From an uncultured Chloroflexia bacterium (GTDB lineage: Bacteria; Chloroflexota; Limnocylindria; Limnocylindrales; CSP1-4): DNA of 64,000 nucleotides. The translations under genes were made by a program, and so were the position numbers. This document shows, one piece after another, positions 25,877-35,147 of the stretch. Each line of letters opens with the position of its first letter. The first letter of the stretch is position 1. The stretch covers positions 2,624,001-2,688,000 of the forward strand of contig OY970218.1 of the NCBI GenBank assembly GCA_963713975.1. Direction: 5' to 3'. The notes beneath the pieces are model-generated. The model did no database searches and was not told where the DNA came from. It saw only the letters and a program-made list of their open reading frames with translations.

Positions 25877-28323
25877 CGGACGGTCCCTTCGATGCTGATC
25901 GGGAGCTGGAAGCTGATCTGGTCCTGGCGCTCGTTCACGAACCGCACCTGGACCTCGCCGCTGGCCGGGTCCACCCAGCGGCCGGCGTCGGGCAGCTCGT
26001 AGGCCGTTCCCTGCACGAGGTGCGCGAATTGGACCCACTCGCCCGTGCGCAGGTCCAGGACCTCGATGTCGGGCAGGCCGTCCTGGGGCACGACACACCC
26101 CTCCGTGCCGGGATCGCAGCGGACCGCCTCCGTGAGGGTCTTCGATGCACCACCCGGCATGGCCAGGTCCCCGCCGAAGGTGAGCCCGACGAGGACCCTC
26201 GACGGCACGAAGGTCCCCTCGAACTGGATCGGCCGGTACGAGACCCGGGCCGTGCCGGGGCCGAGGTTGATCGACCACGGGTCCTTGGAGAAGAAGTTGG
26301 CGCCCACCTCGAGGATGGAGGTCCGGACGAGGTCATAGTTGAAGGTCGTCTTGCCGCTGATCGAGTACGGAAGCTGGACCTGGTACAGGATGTTCGCCAT
26401 GCGCCTGGTCGTCTGGCCCTCGATCTCGAAGGGCACGACCGGCTGCGTGCCCCATGCCAGCAGCGTGGCGGTGTCGGCCGGGATGGCGTTCGGGAAGCCG
26501 GTCATCGGATCCATCGAGATCTGGTCGACGACAGACCTGCGCACCAGCGTCCGCTGGCCCTCCTCGTCGAGCGTCGAGCCGTCCCAGTTCATCTGCCCGA
26601 AGATGCGCTCCGACAGCGGGATGCCGTTGAACGGGTTGTTGGCGATCGCGAGATTGACCTCCGCGGTGGCACCGGCGGCGATGTCCCGGAGCGGCATCGC
26701 CGAGGAGCCGACGACGATCGCGGCGGCGTGCAGGGGCTGGTCCGAGCGGTTGGTCACGGTTCCAGTCAGGCGACCGTCCGCGAGGTGCAGGTCCGCGACG
26801 ACCTCCGGTCCGGTCGCGGATCCCTCCGCGCGGACCATGCGGATGGAGCCGACGCCCACGGCCAGGTCCCGGATCCGCGATGGGTCACCCTCGACGATAT
26901 CGAGATCGGCCACGAACCCGGTGCCGAAGATGTCGCCGTTCATCGGCGCCGACAGGAGCGCGTCGCCGGCGACCGTGACCTGGTACGTGGCCCGCGACGG
27001 GCTGAACACGCCGAGGTAGGACTGGACGGTCGCGGCCTCCGTTGCCGGTGCACCGCGGACGATCCCCACCTCGTGGACGATCACGTCCGATCCGCGGAGG
27101 GCACCCCCGATGAGAAACGAGCCGGCGGTGAACACGATGATCAGCGCCGGGACCGTCACCCACGCCCATTCGCGCCGGTCGAGTCGTCGGAGCACCAGGT
27201 AGTTCACGGGGCCGACGAGCAGGATGTACCCGAGCAGCAGCACCACCAGCCCGCCGGTCGGCGGCAGGGCGAGGCTTGGGAGGTTGGTCACCGCCGACAC
27301 GATCGAGGAATTGTCCGCGAGCCCGACCGAGCCGACGGCACGCTGGGGCAGCAGCTTGCGCCACAGCGGTGTGTCCCAGGTCTCACCCTCCGCCACCCAG
27401 GTCGTCGTGGGGTCGAAGCCGAGCAGCGTCACGGATCCATTGCCGACCTCGAGGTCCGCCGCGATCACGCGGTCGCCCGATGTCGCGAGCACCCGACCGG
27501 CGCCGGGCTCGCCGGCGTACGCGGTGAGGGTCGCGGCACCCTGCGGCACCCCGCCGAGGATCGGACGCAGGGCGGCGGGATCGATGTCGACGGTCGAGGT
27601 CGGGCGGTACGGGAGCAGGTCGTCCGGGAACCCCGACAGCGAGTCGGCGCCCGCCGTCCCGCCGACGATCACGAGCCGGCCACCGCCTGCGAGCCAGACC
27701 CGCAGCGCGGCGACCTGGGCCGGCGTGAGCGTGGCGGCGTCGACGTCCTGCCACACGATGCTGTCGAGGGCCGACCAGGCCTGGATCCGCTCCGGCAGGT
27801 CTGCCGGCGTGAGCGTGGCGATGCTGGGGGCGGCACCGGACTGGTTGGGCAGGAGCCGGAGCTCGCTGACGATCCTCGCCGGGTTCTCCGAGACGACGCC
27901 GACGACGAGCTGGGACTGGTCGTGGACTGCCGTGGCCACCAGTGCCTCGGAGACCACGCGGTCCCCGCTGACCAGCTGGACCTTCATGTTGCCCCCGAAC
28001 GGCGGGGGCTGGGCATAGAGCAGGTACTGCTTGCGCGACCCGGTGGCCAGCTCGACCGGAGTCCCGAAGCGAGTCTTGGAGTCAGCGCCACCCTTCACCT
28101 GGAGCTCACCCGTCACATCGGGCCCCGCGTTCTCGAGATCCACGGCGATCGCGAACCAGGAGCCCTGGCGGACGTGTCCCTGCAGGAGGGCGTGGGCCGT
28201 CATGACCGGGCCGTCGTCGGCAGCCGCCGCGAGACCCGGGCCGAGGGCGCCGAGGAGGAGCACGCCCGCCGCCGCCAGCGCGAACACGGCGCGCGCCGTG
28301 CGGGGGATGCGGGGCAGCGGCAC
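25873..28323 (-). CDS. large exported/membrane protein (signal peptide, GATase-like domain, 2 TM, C-terminal beta domain)
   Basis: Signal peptide; WLAGGGRLVIVGG; YILLVGPVNYLVLRRLDRREWAWVTVP; SD GAGGAG before GTG. Confidence 0.85.
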   Translation of the reverse strand: MPLPRIPRTARAVFALAAAGVLLLGALGPGLAAAADDGPVMTAHALLQGHVRQGSWFAIAVDLENAGPDVTGELQVKGGADSKTRFGTPVELATGSRKQYLLYAQPPPFGGNMKVQLVSGDRVVSEALVATAVHDQSQLVVGVVSENPARIVSELRLLPNQSGAAPSIATLTPADLPERIQAWSALDSIVWQDVDAATLTPAQVAALRVWLAGGGRLVIVGGTAGADSLSGFPDDLLPYRPTSTVDIDPAALRPILGGVPQGAATLTAYAGEPGAGRVLATSGDRVIAADLEVGNGSVTLLGFDPTTTWVAEGETWDTPLWRKLLPQRAVGSVGLADNSSIVSAVTNLPSLALPPTGGLVVLLLGYILLVGPVNYLVLRRLDRREWAWVTVPALIIVFTAGSFLIGGALRGSDVIVHEVGIVRGAPATEAATVQSYLGVFSPSRATYQVTVAGDALLSAPMNGDIFGTGFVADLDIVEGDPSRIRDLAVGVGSIRMVRAEGSATGPEVVADLHLADGRLTGTVTNRSDQPLHAAAIVVGSSAMPLRDIAAGATAEVNLAIANNPFNGIPLSERIFGQMNWDGSTLDEEGQRTLVRRSVVDQISMDPMTGFPNAIPADTATLLAWGTQPVVPFEIEGQTTRRMANILYQVQLPYSISGKTTFNYDLVRTSILEVGANFFSKDPWSINLGPGTARVSYRPIQFEGTFVPSRVLVGLTFGGDLAMPGGASKTLTEAVRCDPGTEGCVVPQDGLPDIEVLDLRTGEWVQFAHLVQGTAYELPDAGRWVDPASGEVQVRFVNERQDQISFQLPISIEGTVR

Positions 28324-28531
28324 TCGGGCTCCTCGGGTGCGGGCGGCTGGACGGTTTGAGCCATGACGCCCGTGGTCCACGAAAAGTTGCACGAGACCCC
28401 CGCGTGGCAGCCGCCACGGCCTTCCGGTGGCCGTTCGGGCCCGCCTATCGTACGATGCACGGACCCCAGGTCCGCCGGTGAGCGTCCGTGCGCCGCACCC
28501 GACCGCACCGTCACCGCGTACAGAGGATCCC

Positions 28532-29842
28532 GTGCCCGACGTCAGACCCTTCCGCGCCCTCCGCTTCGACCTCGAGACGGTCGGGGACGTGGGCAAGGTG
28601 GTGGCTCCGCCGTACGACGTGATCGGGCCAGCGCTCCACCGGGAGCTGCTCGCACGCCATCCGCGCAACGCAGTGCGCCTGGACCTGCCGCAGGCGGAGC
28701 CCCGCGAGGAGCCCGACGAGCGCTACCGGCGGGCTGCGAAGACGCTGACCGCATGGCGCTCGGACGGGACGCTGCGCAGGGACCCGCGCCCGTCCGTGTA
28801 TGTCTGCGAGCAGACCTACCGGGTGCCCGGCACGGGTATCGAGCGGACGCAGCGTGGCTTCTTCGCCCGTCTCCGCCTCGAGCCGTTCGGGCCGGGGAGC
28901 TCCGTGCTGCCGCACGAGCGGACGCTGTCCGGCCCCAAGGAGGACCGATACCGCCTGCTGCGGGCGATGGGGATGAACACCTCGCCGGTGGTGGCGTTGT
29001 TCGAGGACGCCCAGCGCGTGTCTGCCGGGGCGCTCGCGACCATCGCCGCCGGGATGCCGGCCGCCGACGTCACGGACGACGATGGCGTGCGTCATCGCCT
29101 GTGGGTGGTCGCGGACGAGGGCGAGGACTCCCCGGCTGGCGTGCTGCTCGCTGCGGCTGCGGCCGGGCCGGTGTACATCGCGGACGGACACCACCGGTAC
29201 GAGACCGCCGTCCGCTACCGCGACGAGCGACGGACCGCGTCGACCGAGCAGGACCCGGCCTTCGACTTCGTGCTGATGCTGTTCCTCGATGCGGCGGACC
29301 AGCTGACCGTGCTGCCCACGCACCGTGTCGTGCGTGGTCTGGGTGAGGCGGGCACTGCCGGCCTCGTCGCCCGGCTTCCGGAGCTGTTCGTGGCCACCCC
29401 CTCCACGACCGAGGCACTCGTCGCACGGTTCGAGGCAGCCGGGGAGCTGGCGGGCGGGGATGGCCGGTTCGCGCTGCTGACCCGCGAGGGAGCATGGTCG
29501 CTCGAGGCGCGCCGCGAGGCGTTCGACGCGCGAGGGGGTAGCGGCGCGGCCGTCCGGGCCCTGGACGTGTCGCTCCTCGGCACAACCCTCGAGACCCTGG
29601 CCGGGATCGATGCCGCCGCCGTGGCAGGGGGCGAGCGCATCACGTACACCAAGTCCGCGGCGGAAGCCGCTGCCATGGTTGCCGACGGGAGCGATGCCGC
29701 GGATGCCGCGTTTCTCCTGGAGCCGACACCCGTTGCGTCCATCCTCGCGGTGGCGCGCGACGGCGACGTGATGCCCCAGAAGTCGACCTACTTCTACCCC
29801 AAGGCCCTGACCGGGCTCGTCCTGAACCCGCACGAGTGGTAG
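28532..29842 (+). CDS. DUF1015 family protein
   Basis: VRPFRALR, APPYDVI, PHERT, IADGHHRY, MPQKSTYFYPK. Confidence 0.93.
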   Translation: MPDVRPFRALRFDLETVGDVGKVVAPPYDVIGPALHRELLARHPRNAVRLDLPQAEPREEPDERYRRAAKTLTAWRSDGTLRRDPRPSVYVCEQTYRVPGTGIERTQRGFFARLRLEPFGPGSSVLPHERTLSGPKEDRYRLLRAMGMNTSPVVALFEDAQRVSAGALATIAAGMPAADVTDDDGVRHRLWVVADEGEDSPAGVLLAAAAAGPVYIADGHHRYETAVRYRDERRTASTEQDPAFDFVLMLFLDAADQLTVLPTHRVVRGLGEAGTAGLVARLPELFVATPSTTEALVARFEAAGELAGGDGRFALLTREGAWSLEARREAFDARGGSGAAVRALDVSLLGTTLETLAGIDAAAVAGGERITYTKSAAEAAAMVADGSDAADAAFLLEPTPVASILAVARDGDVMPQKSTYFYPKALTGLVLNPHEW

Positions 29843-29852
29843 GGGACCGACG

Positions 29853-30731
29853 ATGACCGAGCCCTCCTCCACGTCCGCCGACCGCCAGGTCCCCAGGACC
29901 GCCACGGGCGGCCGCCCCGTGCGCAAGGATGAGATCGAGCTCGCGGAGCGCGGCCTGTACATCGAGTCCTGGCTCCCGGAGCGTCGTTCACGGCGGCGGC
30001 CCATCCTGTTCGTCCACGGCGAGCTGGGCGGATCGTGGGTCTGGGAGCGGTTCCTGAACCACTTCGCGGGTCGCGGCTGGGAGGGCCACGCCCTCAACCT
30101 GCGGAACCACTACTGGTCGCAGACGGCGGATCCGGCCACCCTCGACATCGAGTCCTACACCGAGGACGTGATCGCGGCCATGGATCGCCTGGGACCCCAG
30201 GTCGTGGCGGTCGGGCACGGCATGGGCGGCCTGCTCGTGCTCAAGGCGATCGAGCGGGCTCCCGTGTCGTCGTACGTGCTGATCGCGCCGGAGGCGCCCA
30301 AGGAGCTTCGCCCTGCGGCCAGGGCCCACGTCGTGCGGGACATCCCGGATGCCTACGGGCGCTCGGAGCTCGGCTGGGAGACGCTGCCCGAGAAGCTTAT
30401 GCGGGAGCATCGCGACCTGACCCTCAACGACGTCCTCAGGATCCAGCACCTCCTCGGCCAGAAGGCGTTCGAGTCCGGGCGTGCCAGGCGCCAGGTCCTC
30501 TCGGGCGTGCCCGTGGACCACTCGGCGCTGCCGGAGGTGCCCCGGCTCGTCATCGGCGGCGGTCTCGATCTCTACGTGTCGGAGCCCGACGTCGAACGCC
30601 TGGGGGAGTGGCTCGGGGCACCCTACGAGCCGTTCGGTGCCCACTCGCACTACGGCCTGGTGCTGGGCGAGCAGAGCTACCTCCAGGTGGCGGAGACGCT
30701 GCGCGCATTCCTCGAGGCCAACCGGCTGTAG
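29853..30731 (+). CDS. alpha/beta hydrolase fold protein lacking the catalytic Ser (GHGMGG)
   Basis: FVHG oxyanion loop, GHGMGG elbow, GGLD acid, C-terminal SH His. Confidence 0.85.
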   Translation: MTEPSSTSADRQVPRTATGGRPVRKDEIELAERGLYIESWLPERRSRRRPILFVHGELGGSWVWERFLNHFAGRGWEGHALNLRNHYWSQTADPATLDIESYTEDVIAAMDRLGPQVVAVGHGMGGLLVLKAIERAPVSSYVLIAPEAPKELRPAARAHVVRDIPDAYGRSELGWETLPEKLMREHRDLTLNDVLRIQHLLGQKAFESGRARRQVLSGVPVDHSALPEVPRLVIGGGLDLYVSEPDVERLGEWLGAPYEPFGAHSHYGLVLGEQSYLQVAETLRAFLEANRL

Positions 30732-30819
30732 CCGCCCGCCGCGCAGCGTGCCCCGGTTGCGAGCCCCGCGACGGTCCTGCTATCCTCCGTGGCCGGTTGG
30801 ACGCTCGCGTCCGCCCTAT

Positions 30820-30896
30820 GCCGCATTCGTCTAGAGGCCTAGGACACCGCCCTCTCAAGGCGGAGACCACCGGTTCGAATCCGGTATGCGGTACCA
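30820..30896 (+). tRNA. tRNA-Glu(CTC)
   Basis: Acceptor GCCGCAT/ATGCGGT, anticodon arm CCGCC-CTCTCAA-GGCGG, T-loop TTCGAAT, encoded CCA. Confidence 0.97.
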
Positions 30897-30909
30897 GCAA
30901 CGATCCACC

Positions 30910-30945
30910 CAACGCCTCCGGTCCACCGGGGGCGTTGCTCATTCT
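30910..30945 (+). terminator. hairpin terminator after tRNA-Glu
   Basis: CAACGCCTCCGG-TCCA-CCGGGGGCGTTG followed by CTCATTCT. Confidence 0.65.
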
Positions 30946-31076
30946 CCGGGGTCTCGTGGCCTCTCCCGCCGCCGTTCACGTGCGCTCCAGGGCTCCTCGG
31001 CGCGCAGCGCGGCCCATGCCCGCGGGCGCGATGGCCTAGACTCGGGCCGTCCCCTTGCCGTAGCTCTGGATGGTTG

Positions 31077-32195
31077 ATGTCCACCGCGCCCGACCGTCGA
31101 CTCGCGATCCTCGCCGAGGGCAACTTCGGTTTCCACCACGGCAAGACTGCCATGGGGGTGATCCGGTTCGGCACCGACAAGGTCGTGGCCGTGGTCGACT
31201 CCACGCAGGCGGGCCACAACGTGCGCGAGTGGCTGGGCGACTCGGGCCGGTTCGACATCCCGATCGTCGGCTCGCTCAACGAGGCACTGGGCTTCGTGCC
31301 CCGGGCCGACGCGCTGCTGATCGGGATCGCGCCGACCGGAGGCAGGCTGCCGGACGAATGGCGGGTGCTGATCCTGGCGGCGATCCGGTCGGGCCTGGAC
31401 ATCCTGTCCGGTCTGCACACCCTGCTGGGGGACGACCCGGAGCTGGTCGAGGCCGCACGCAGCTCCGGCGTGCGCCTCGTGGACTACCGGCGGCCGCCGG
31501 AGCGGATGGAGACGTCGGTCGGGCGTCGCCACCTGCCGGGGAAGCGCGTCATCCTCACCGTGGGCACGGATTGCGCCGTGGGCAAGATGTCCGTGGCGCT
31601 CGAGCTGCGGCGGGCCGCGGTCGCCGCGGGCCGCTCGGCATCGTTCGTGGCGACGGGCCAGACCGGGATGATGGTCGAGGGCTGGGGCGTCGCGATCGAC
31701 CGCGTCGTGGCCGACTTCGTCCAGGGGACGGGGGAGTGGCTGGCGGAGGAAGGCGAGCGGCGAGGCGACTGGGTCATCGTGGAGGGCCAGGGGTCGCTGG
31801 ATCACCCCGCCTACAGCAGCGTCACGCTCGGCCTCATCCACGGGACGACGCCGCACGCCATGATCCTGGTGCACGAGCCGGGCACAGCGGACCACGACTT
31901 CGAGCACCTGCCGGACCGCCGGTTCCCGATCGCGGCCCTGCCCGGGTTCATCCGGATCCACGAGGACGTCGCCGGCCTGGTCGCTCCCAGCAAGGTCGTC
32001 GCCGTGGCGCTCAACACGTCCCGGATCGCGGACGATGACGAGGCGCGCCGCGTCATCGAGGCCACCGCGGCCGAGACAGGCCTCCCGACGGCGGACCCGG
32101 TGCGCTTTGGGGGCGAGGTGATGTGGCGCCAGATCGAGGCATCGGTCGACGCGCTGCCGTGGTTGGCGCTCGCCGCACCGGAGGATCCGCGATGA
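31077..32195 (+). CDS. DUF1611 family protein (DgcN-like N-acetyltransferase)
   Basis: GKTAMG, GIAPTGGRLP, SGLH, TVGTDCAVGKM, ATGQTG, VEGQGSL. Confidence 0.9.
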   Translation: MSTAPDRRLAILAEGNFGFHHGKTAMGVIRFGTDKVVAVVDSTQAGHNVREWLGDSGRFDIPIVGSLNEALGFVPRADALLIGIAPTGGRLPDEWRVLILAAIRSGLDILSGLHTLLGDDPELVEAARSSGVRLVDYRRPPERMETSVGRRHLPGKRVILTVGTDCAVGKMSVALELRRAAVAAGRSASFVATGQTGMMVEGWGVAIDRVVADFVQGTGEWLAEEGERRGDWVIVEGQGSLDHPAYSSVTLGLIHGTTPHAMILVHEPGTADHDFEHLPDRRFPIAALPGFIRIHEDVAGLVAPSKVVAVALNTSRIADDDEARRVIEATAAETGLPTADPVRFGGEVMWRQIEASVDALPWLALAAPEDPR

Positions 32196-33280
32196 CGTTC
32201 CTGCTCCGCCTTCGCACCCTCGATCTCGCGCTGCGCGACCCGTTCGTGATCGCTCGCGCGGCACCCGGCGAGGGTTACCGGATCACGACGGTTATCGCGG
32301 AGCTGCGTGACGAGGCCGACGGCGAGGATGGCCCGGTCGGCATCGGGGAAGGCTACCCGGACGCGTACTACGGCGACACGCCCGCGACGATGGCGGCGGT
32401 TGCGCCGCTTCTGCTGGATGCGCTGGCACCCATCGAGGGCGATCTGCGCGGCACCGTTGGCGATGTCCGGGCGGCGCTCGAGGACGCCGAAGGCCTCATG
32501 GCGGCAGCGATCGGCCATCACGGCGCGATCAAGTGCGCGATCGACATCGCCCTCCACGACCTGGCCGGCAAGCGCCTGGGGCTGCCGGTCCGGGACCTGC
32601 TCGGTATCACGGGCGAGGTGCCGCCCACCGACTTCACCCTCGGGATCGACGAGCCCGCCATCGTCGCCGAGCGGGCTCGCCAGGCGGCTGGCTTCACGGC
32701 GCTCAAGATCAAGGTGGGCGGCCCGTCCGATATCGAGACGCTGGAGGCCGTCAGGGCGGTGTTTGACGGGCCGATCCGCGTCGATGCCAACACGGGCTGG
32801 ACGCCGGAGGGGGCGGTGGCGCTGTTGCCGGACCTTCAGCGGCTGGGCGTGGAGCTGATCGAGCAGCCCTTCCCGGCTCGCCGCCTGGACCAGATGCGCT
32901 GGCTGCAGGAGCGTTCCGACCTGCCGATCGTCGCGGACGAGAGCTCGGTGACCATCGAGGACCTGGACGCGCTGGTGGGCGTCGTCGCCGGGATCAACGT
33001 CAAGCTCGCCAAGTGCGGGGGGATCGGGCCGGCGCGGCGCATGCTCGAGCGGGCGAGGGAGCTCGGTTTCCGGACGTTCCTCGGCTGCATGGAGGAGACT
33101 TCGATCGGAATCGCGGCCTCGGCCGCCGTGGCGCCGCTGGCCGAATGGGTGGATCTCGACGGCTGCCTGCTCCTCGCGGACGACCCGGTCGATGGCCTGG
33201 AGCTCGGGTCCGACAAGCGCTGGCGGCCCGCCGACCGGCCAGGCCTGGGGCTGACGATCCGGTCCGACGCGCGGCTGTAG
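32192..33280 (+). CDS. enolase-superfamily dipeptide epimerase (DgcA / L-Ala-D/L-Glu epimerase-like)
   Basis: KIK, DAN, EQP, ADES, KLAKCGG, GCM.E, DLD; ATGA overlap with the DUF1611 gene. Confidence 0.92.
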   Translation: MTFLLRLRTLDLALRDPFVIARAAPGEGYRITTVIAELRDEADGEDGPVGIGEGYPDAYYGDTPATMAAVAPLLLDALAPIEGDLRGTVGDVRAALEDAEGLMAAAIGHHGAIKCAIDIALHDLAGKRLGLPVRDLLGITGEVPPTDFTLGIDEPAIVAERARQAAGFTALKIKVGGPSDIETLEAVRAVFDGPIRVDANTGWTPEGAVALLPDLQRLGVELIEQPFPARRLDQMRWLQERSDLPIVADESSVTIEDLDALVGVVAGINVKLAKCGGIGPARRMLERARELGFRTFLGCMEETSIGIAASAAVAPLAEWVDLDGCLLLADDPVDGLELGSDKRWRPADRPGLGLTIRSDARL

Positions 33281-33308
33281 GGTCGCCCTAGCGGGTCTTC
33301 CGCCGCGC

Positions 33309-33394
33309 GCATCCACAGGTTTCGGACGACTCGGCGGACCTGTCCACGCATGTTCGGGGGGTGTGGACAAATCGGTGTGAACCTTGGTGGAGAA
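33309..33394. promoter_or_regulatory. cluster of DnaA-box-like 9-mers
   Basis: GCATCCACA, CTGTCCACG, TGTGGACAA (reverse complement TTGTCCACA), TGTGAACCT and GGTGGAGAA within 86 bp. Confidence 0.45.
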
Positions 33395-33561
33395 GCCCCT
33401 ACCGGGCTCCGTGCACTGCGCGTAGCATTCAGGGATCGCCGGGCCCCAGGTTCTGAGGGAGCGGCCCAGCGGTACAGCAGAATTCCGCCGCCGACGGTTG
33501 GCAAGAACCCGCCGGTCCGTTGGCCCGAGCCCGTGCGTCCCAGGAGAGGAGACCCTTATCG

Positions 33562-33894
33562 ATGCTGCCCGCCGAGCCCGCACGTCAGGCCGCGCCTGAG
33601 GCGGAGGCGTTCGTCCGGTTCTGCTACCAGCGACGCAGGGTCGGCTGGCCGGAGCTGTACGACGAGATGTGTGCCGTCGCCACGCGTGGCCTGTTCCGGG
33701 GCATGGGGCATGACGCCCTGGCGGAGATTGGGGTGGGGTTCAGCCTGTTCGAGACCCCGCGTCTGGCGGGGCTGGTGAGAATGATCGCCGCCGAGGACCA
33801 GGCGGCGCGACGGCTGGCCCGCATGGCGGCCATGGATGCCGCCCGCGCCGCCGAGGATGCGCCGCGACCGCCCGCCACGGTGAGCGTGGCCTGA
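33562..33894 (+). CDS. hypothetical protein
   Basis: SD GAGGAG; non-random core FVRFCYQRRRVGWPELYDEMCAVA.RGLFRG. Confidence 0.75.
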   Translation: MLPAEPARQAAPEAEAFVRFCYQRRRVGWPELYDEMCAVATRGLFRGMGHDALAEIGVGFSLFETPRLAGLVRMIAAEDQAARRLARMAAMDAARAAEDAPRPPATVSVA

Positions 33895-33963
33895 GGATCC
33901 TGCGAACCGCGGCTTGAGGACGCGCGGACCGCGGCCCGGCGACGCGCGACGGCGCGGATGCGA

Positions 33964-34191
33964 TCAGGCGCGGATGCGGCGCCTGGCCATCTCACCCTCG
34001 ATCTGCCGCTCCGCCTCGACATAGCGGTCGATCTGCTCGCGGAGCTGGTTTGCCTCGGGCGTGTAGAGGTGCACCTGCTGCTGGAGGATGTACGAGAGGC
34101 GGCGGCTCGTCATCCGCACGTGGTCCAGGTTCTTCATCAGGACCAGGGGATCCATGGAGGCGAGATCGGACGGGGGATACATCGTGTTCAT
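33964..34191 (-). CDS. small helical hypothetical protein
   Basis: 75 aa with GC-rich third positions; TAGGAT -10 box shortly upstream. Confidence 0.7.
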   Translation of the reverse strand: MNTMYPPSDLASMDPLVLMKNLDHVRMTSRRLSYILQQQVHLYTPEANQLREQIDRYVEAERQIEGEMARRRIRA

Positions 34192-34343
34192 CGAGTCGTC
34201 ATCCTAGCCCAACCGCTCACGCCCGGGAGGGTATGCGCGCGCCGGTCGTCCCGGGTATGAGAAAGGGGCCGCTCCCGCAGCCCCTTCCTCGTCGGTTTCC
34301 ACAGGGCGTCAGCCCCGGTCTCGCCCGCTTCCAGCGCCGGAGC

Positions 34344-35066
34344 TCAGGAGCCCAGCGACTTGCCCTTGAGCTCGGCGAGCCGCACCTCGACCTCGAGCTC
34401 GTCCTCGCCGCTCTCGAGGTCGGCGAACTGGTTCTCCAGCGAGGAGGCGGCGACCTCCTCCATTCCGCGGGCTTGGGCCTCCTGGCGCCGGATGCGCTCC
34501 TCGAAGCGGTGCAGCTCCGAGGTCGGGTCCATGACCGAGACCTCCTTGAGCGTCTGCTGGACCTGCATCTGGGCCTGCGCCATCTTCGCCCGGCTGACGA
34601 GCTCGTCCCGCTTCTGCACCAACTCCTCGCGCTTGACCCGCAGCTGGTTGAGGCCCTTCTTGAGCTTGTCGACGAGCTCGGTCTGCTGCGCGATCTGGAT
34701 ATCGAAGGTCCGGACCTGCTCCTCGAACGAGATCTGGCGCCGGAGCGCCAGCTTGGCGAGCCCGTCGAAGCGGTCGGCCTCGGCGGCGTTGCCCTGGGCG
34801 CGCAGCGCCTCGGCCCGGTCCGAGGCGGCCTGGGCCTTGGCGCCCCAGTCGGCGGATGCGTCACGCGCCTCGCGCGCGTCGTCCTCAAGGAGGCGGAGAC
34901 TGCCGATCGTCTGGGCGACGGCCTCCTCGGCCTCGGCGATGTTGTTGGTGAAGTCCCGGATCAGTTGGTCCAGCATCTTCTCCGGGTCCTCGGCCTCATC
35001 GAGGATCGAGTTGACGTTGGCCCGGACGAGCTGTCCGATGCGTCCGAGGATCGAGGTCTGCGCCAT
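34344..35066 (-). CDS. pspA: PspA/IM30 family protein
   Basis: SILGRIGQLVRANVNSILDEAEDPEKMLDQLIRD, coiled coil, RLAELK C-terminus; SD GGAGG. Confidence 0.93.
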   Translation of the reverse strand: MAQTSILGRIGQLVRANVNSILDEAEDPEKMLDQLIRDFTNNIAEAEEAVAQTIGSLRLLEDDAREARDASADWGAKAQAASDRAEALRAQGNAAEADRFDGLAKLALRRQISFEEQVRTFDIQIAQQTELVDKLKKGLNQLRVKREELVQKRDELVSRAKMAQAQMQVQQTLKEVSVMDPTSELHRFEERIRRQEAQARGMEEVAASSLENQFADLESGEDELEVEVRLAELKGKSLGS

Positions 35067-35147
35067 GGTGTCCTCCCGACTGTCTTCAGGTCACTGGATT
35101 CTGAGGCCAAGACGGCCTATTCGTCGAGCCCGCCGGTCAAGTGCTCG

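Noticed and set aside
33281-33430. Replication origin (oriC)
   Set aside because: Only one perfect box, no dnaA/dnaN nearby and no AT-rich unwinding element; cannot be supported without skew data.
33455-33510. SAM-I or cyclic-dinucleotide riboswitch suggested by GAGGGG...GGCCC and GGCAA
   Set aside because: Other conserved elements (ATC/GAT P1 helix, GCAACC, GEMM tetraloop/receptor) are missing; kept only as an unknown structured leader.
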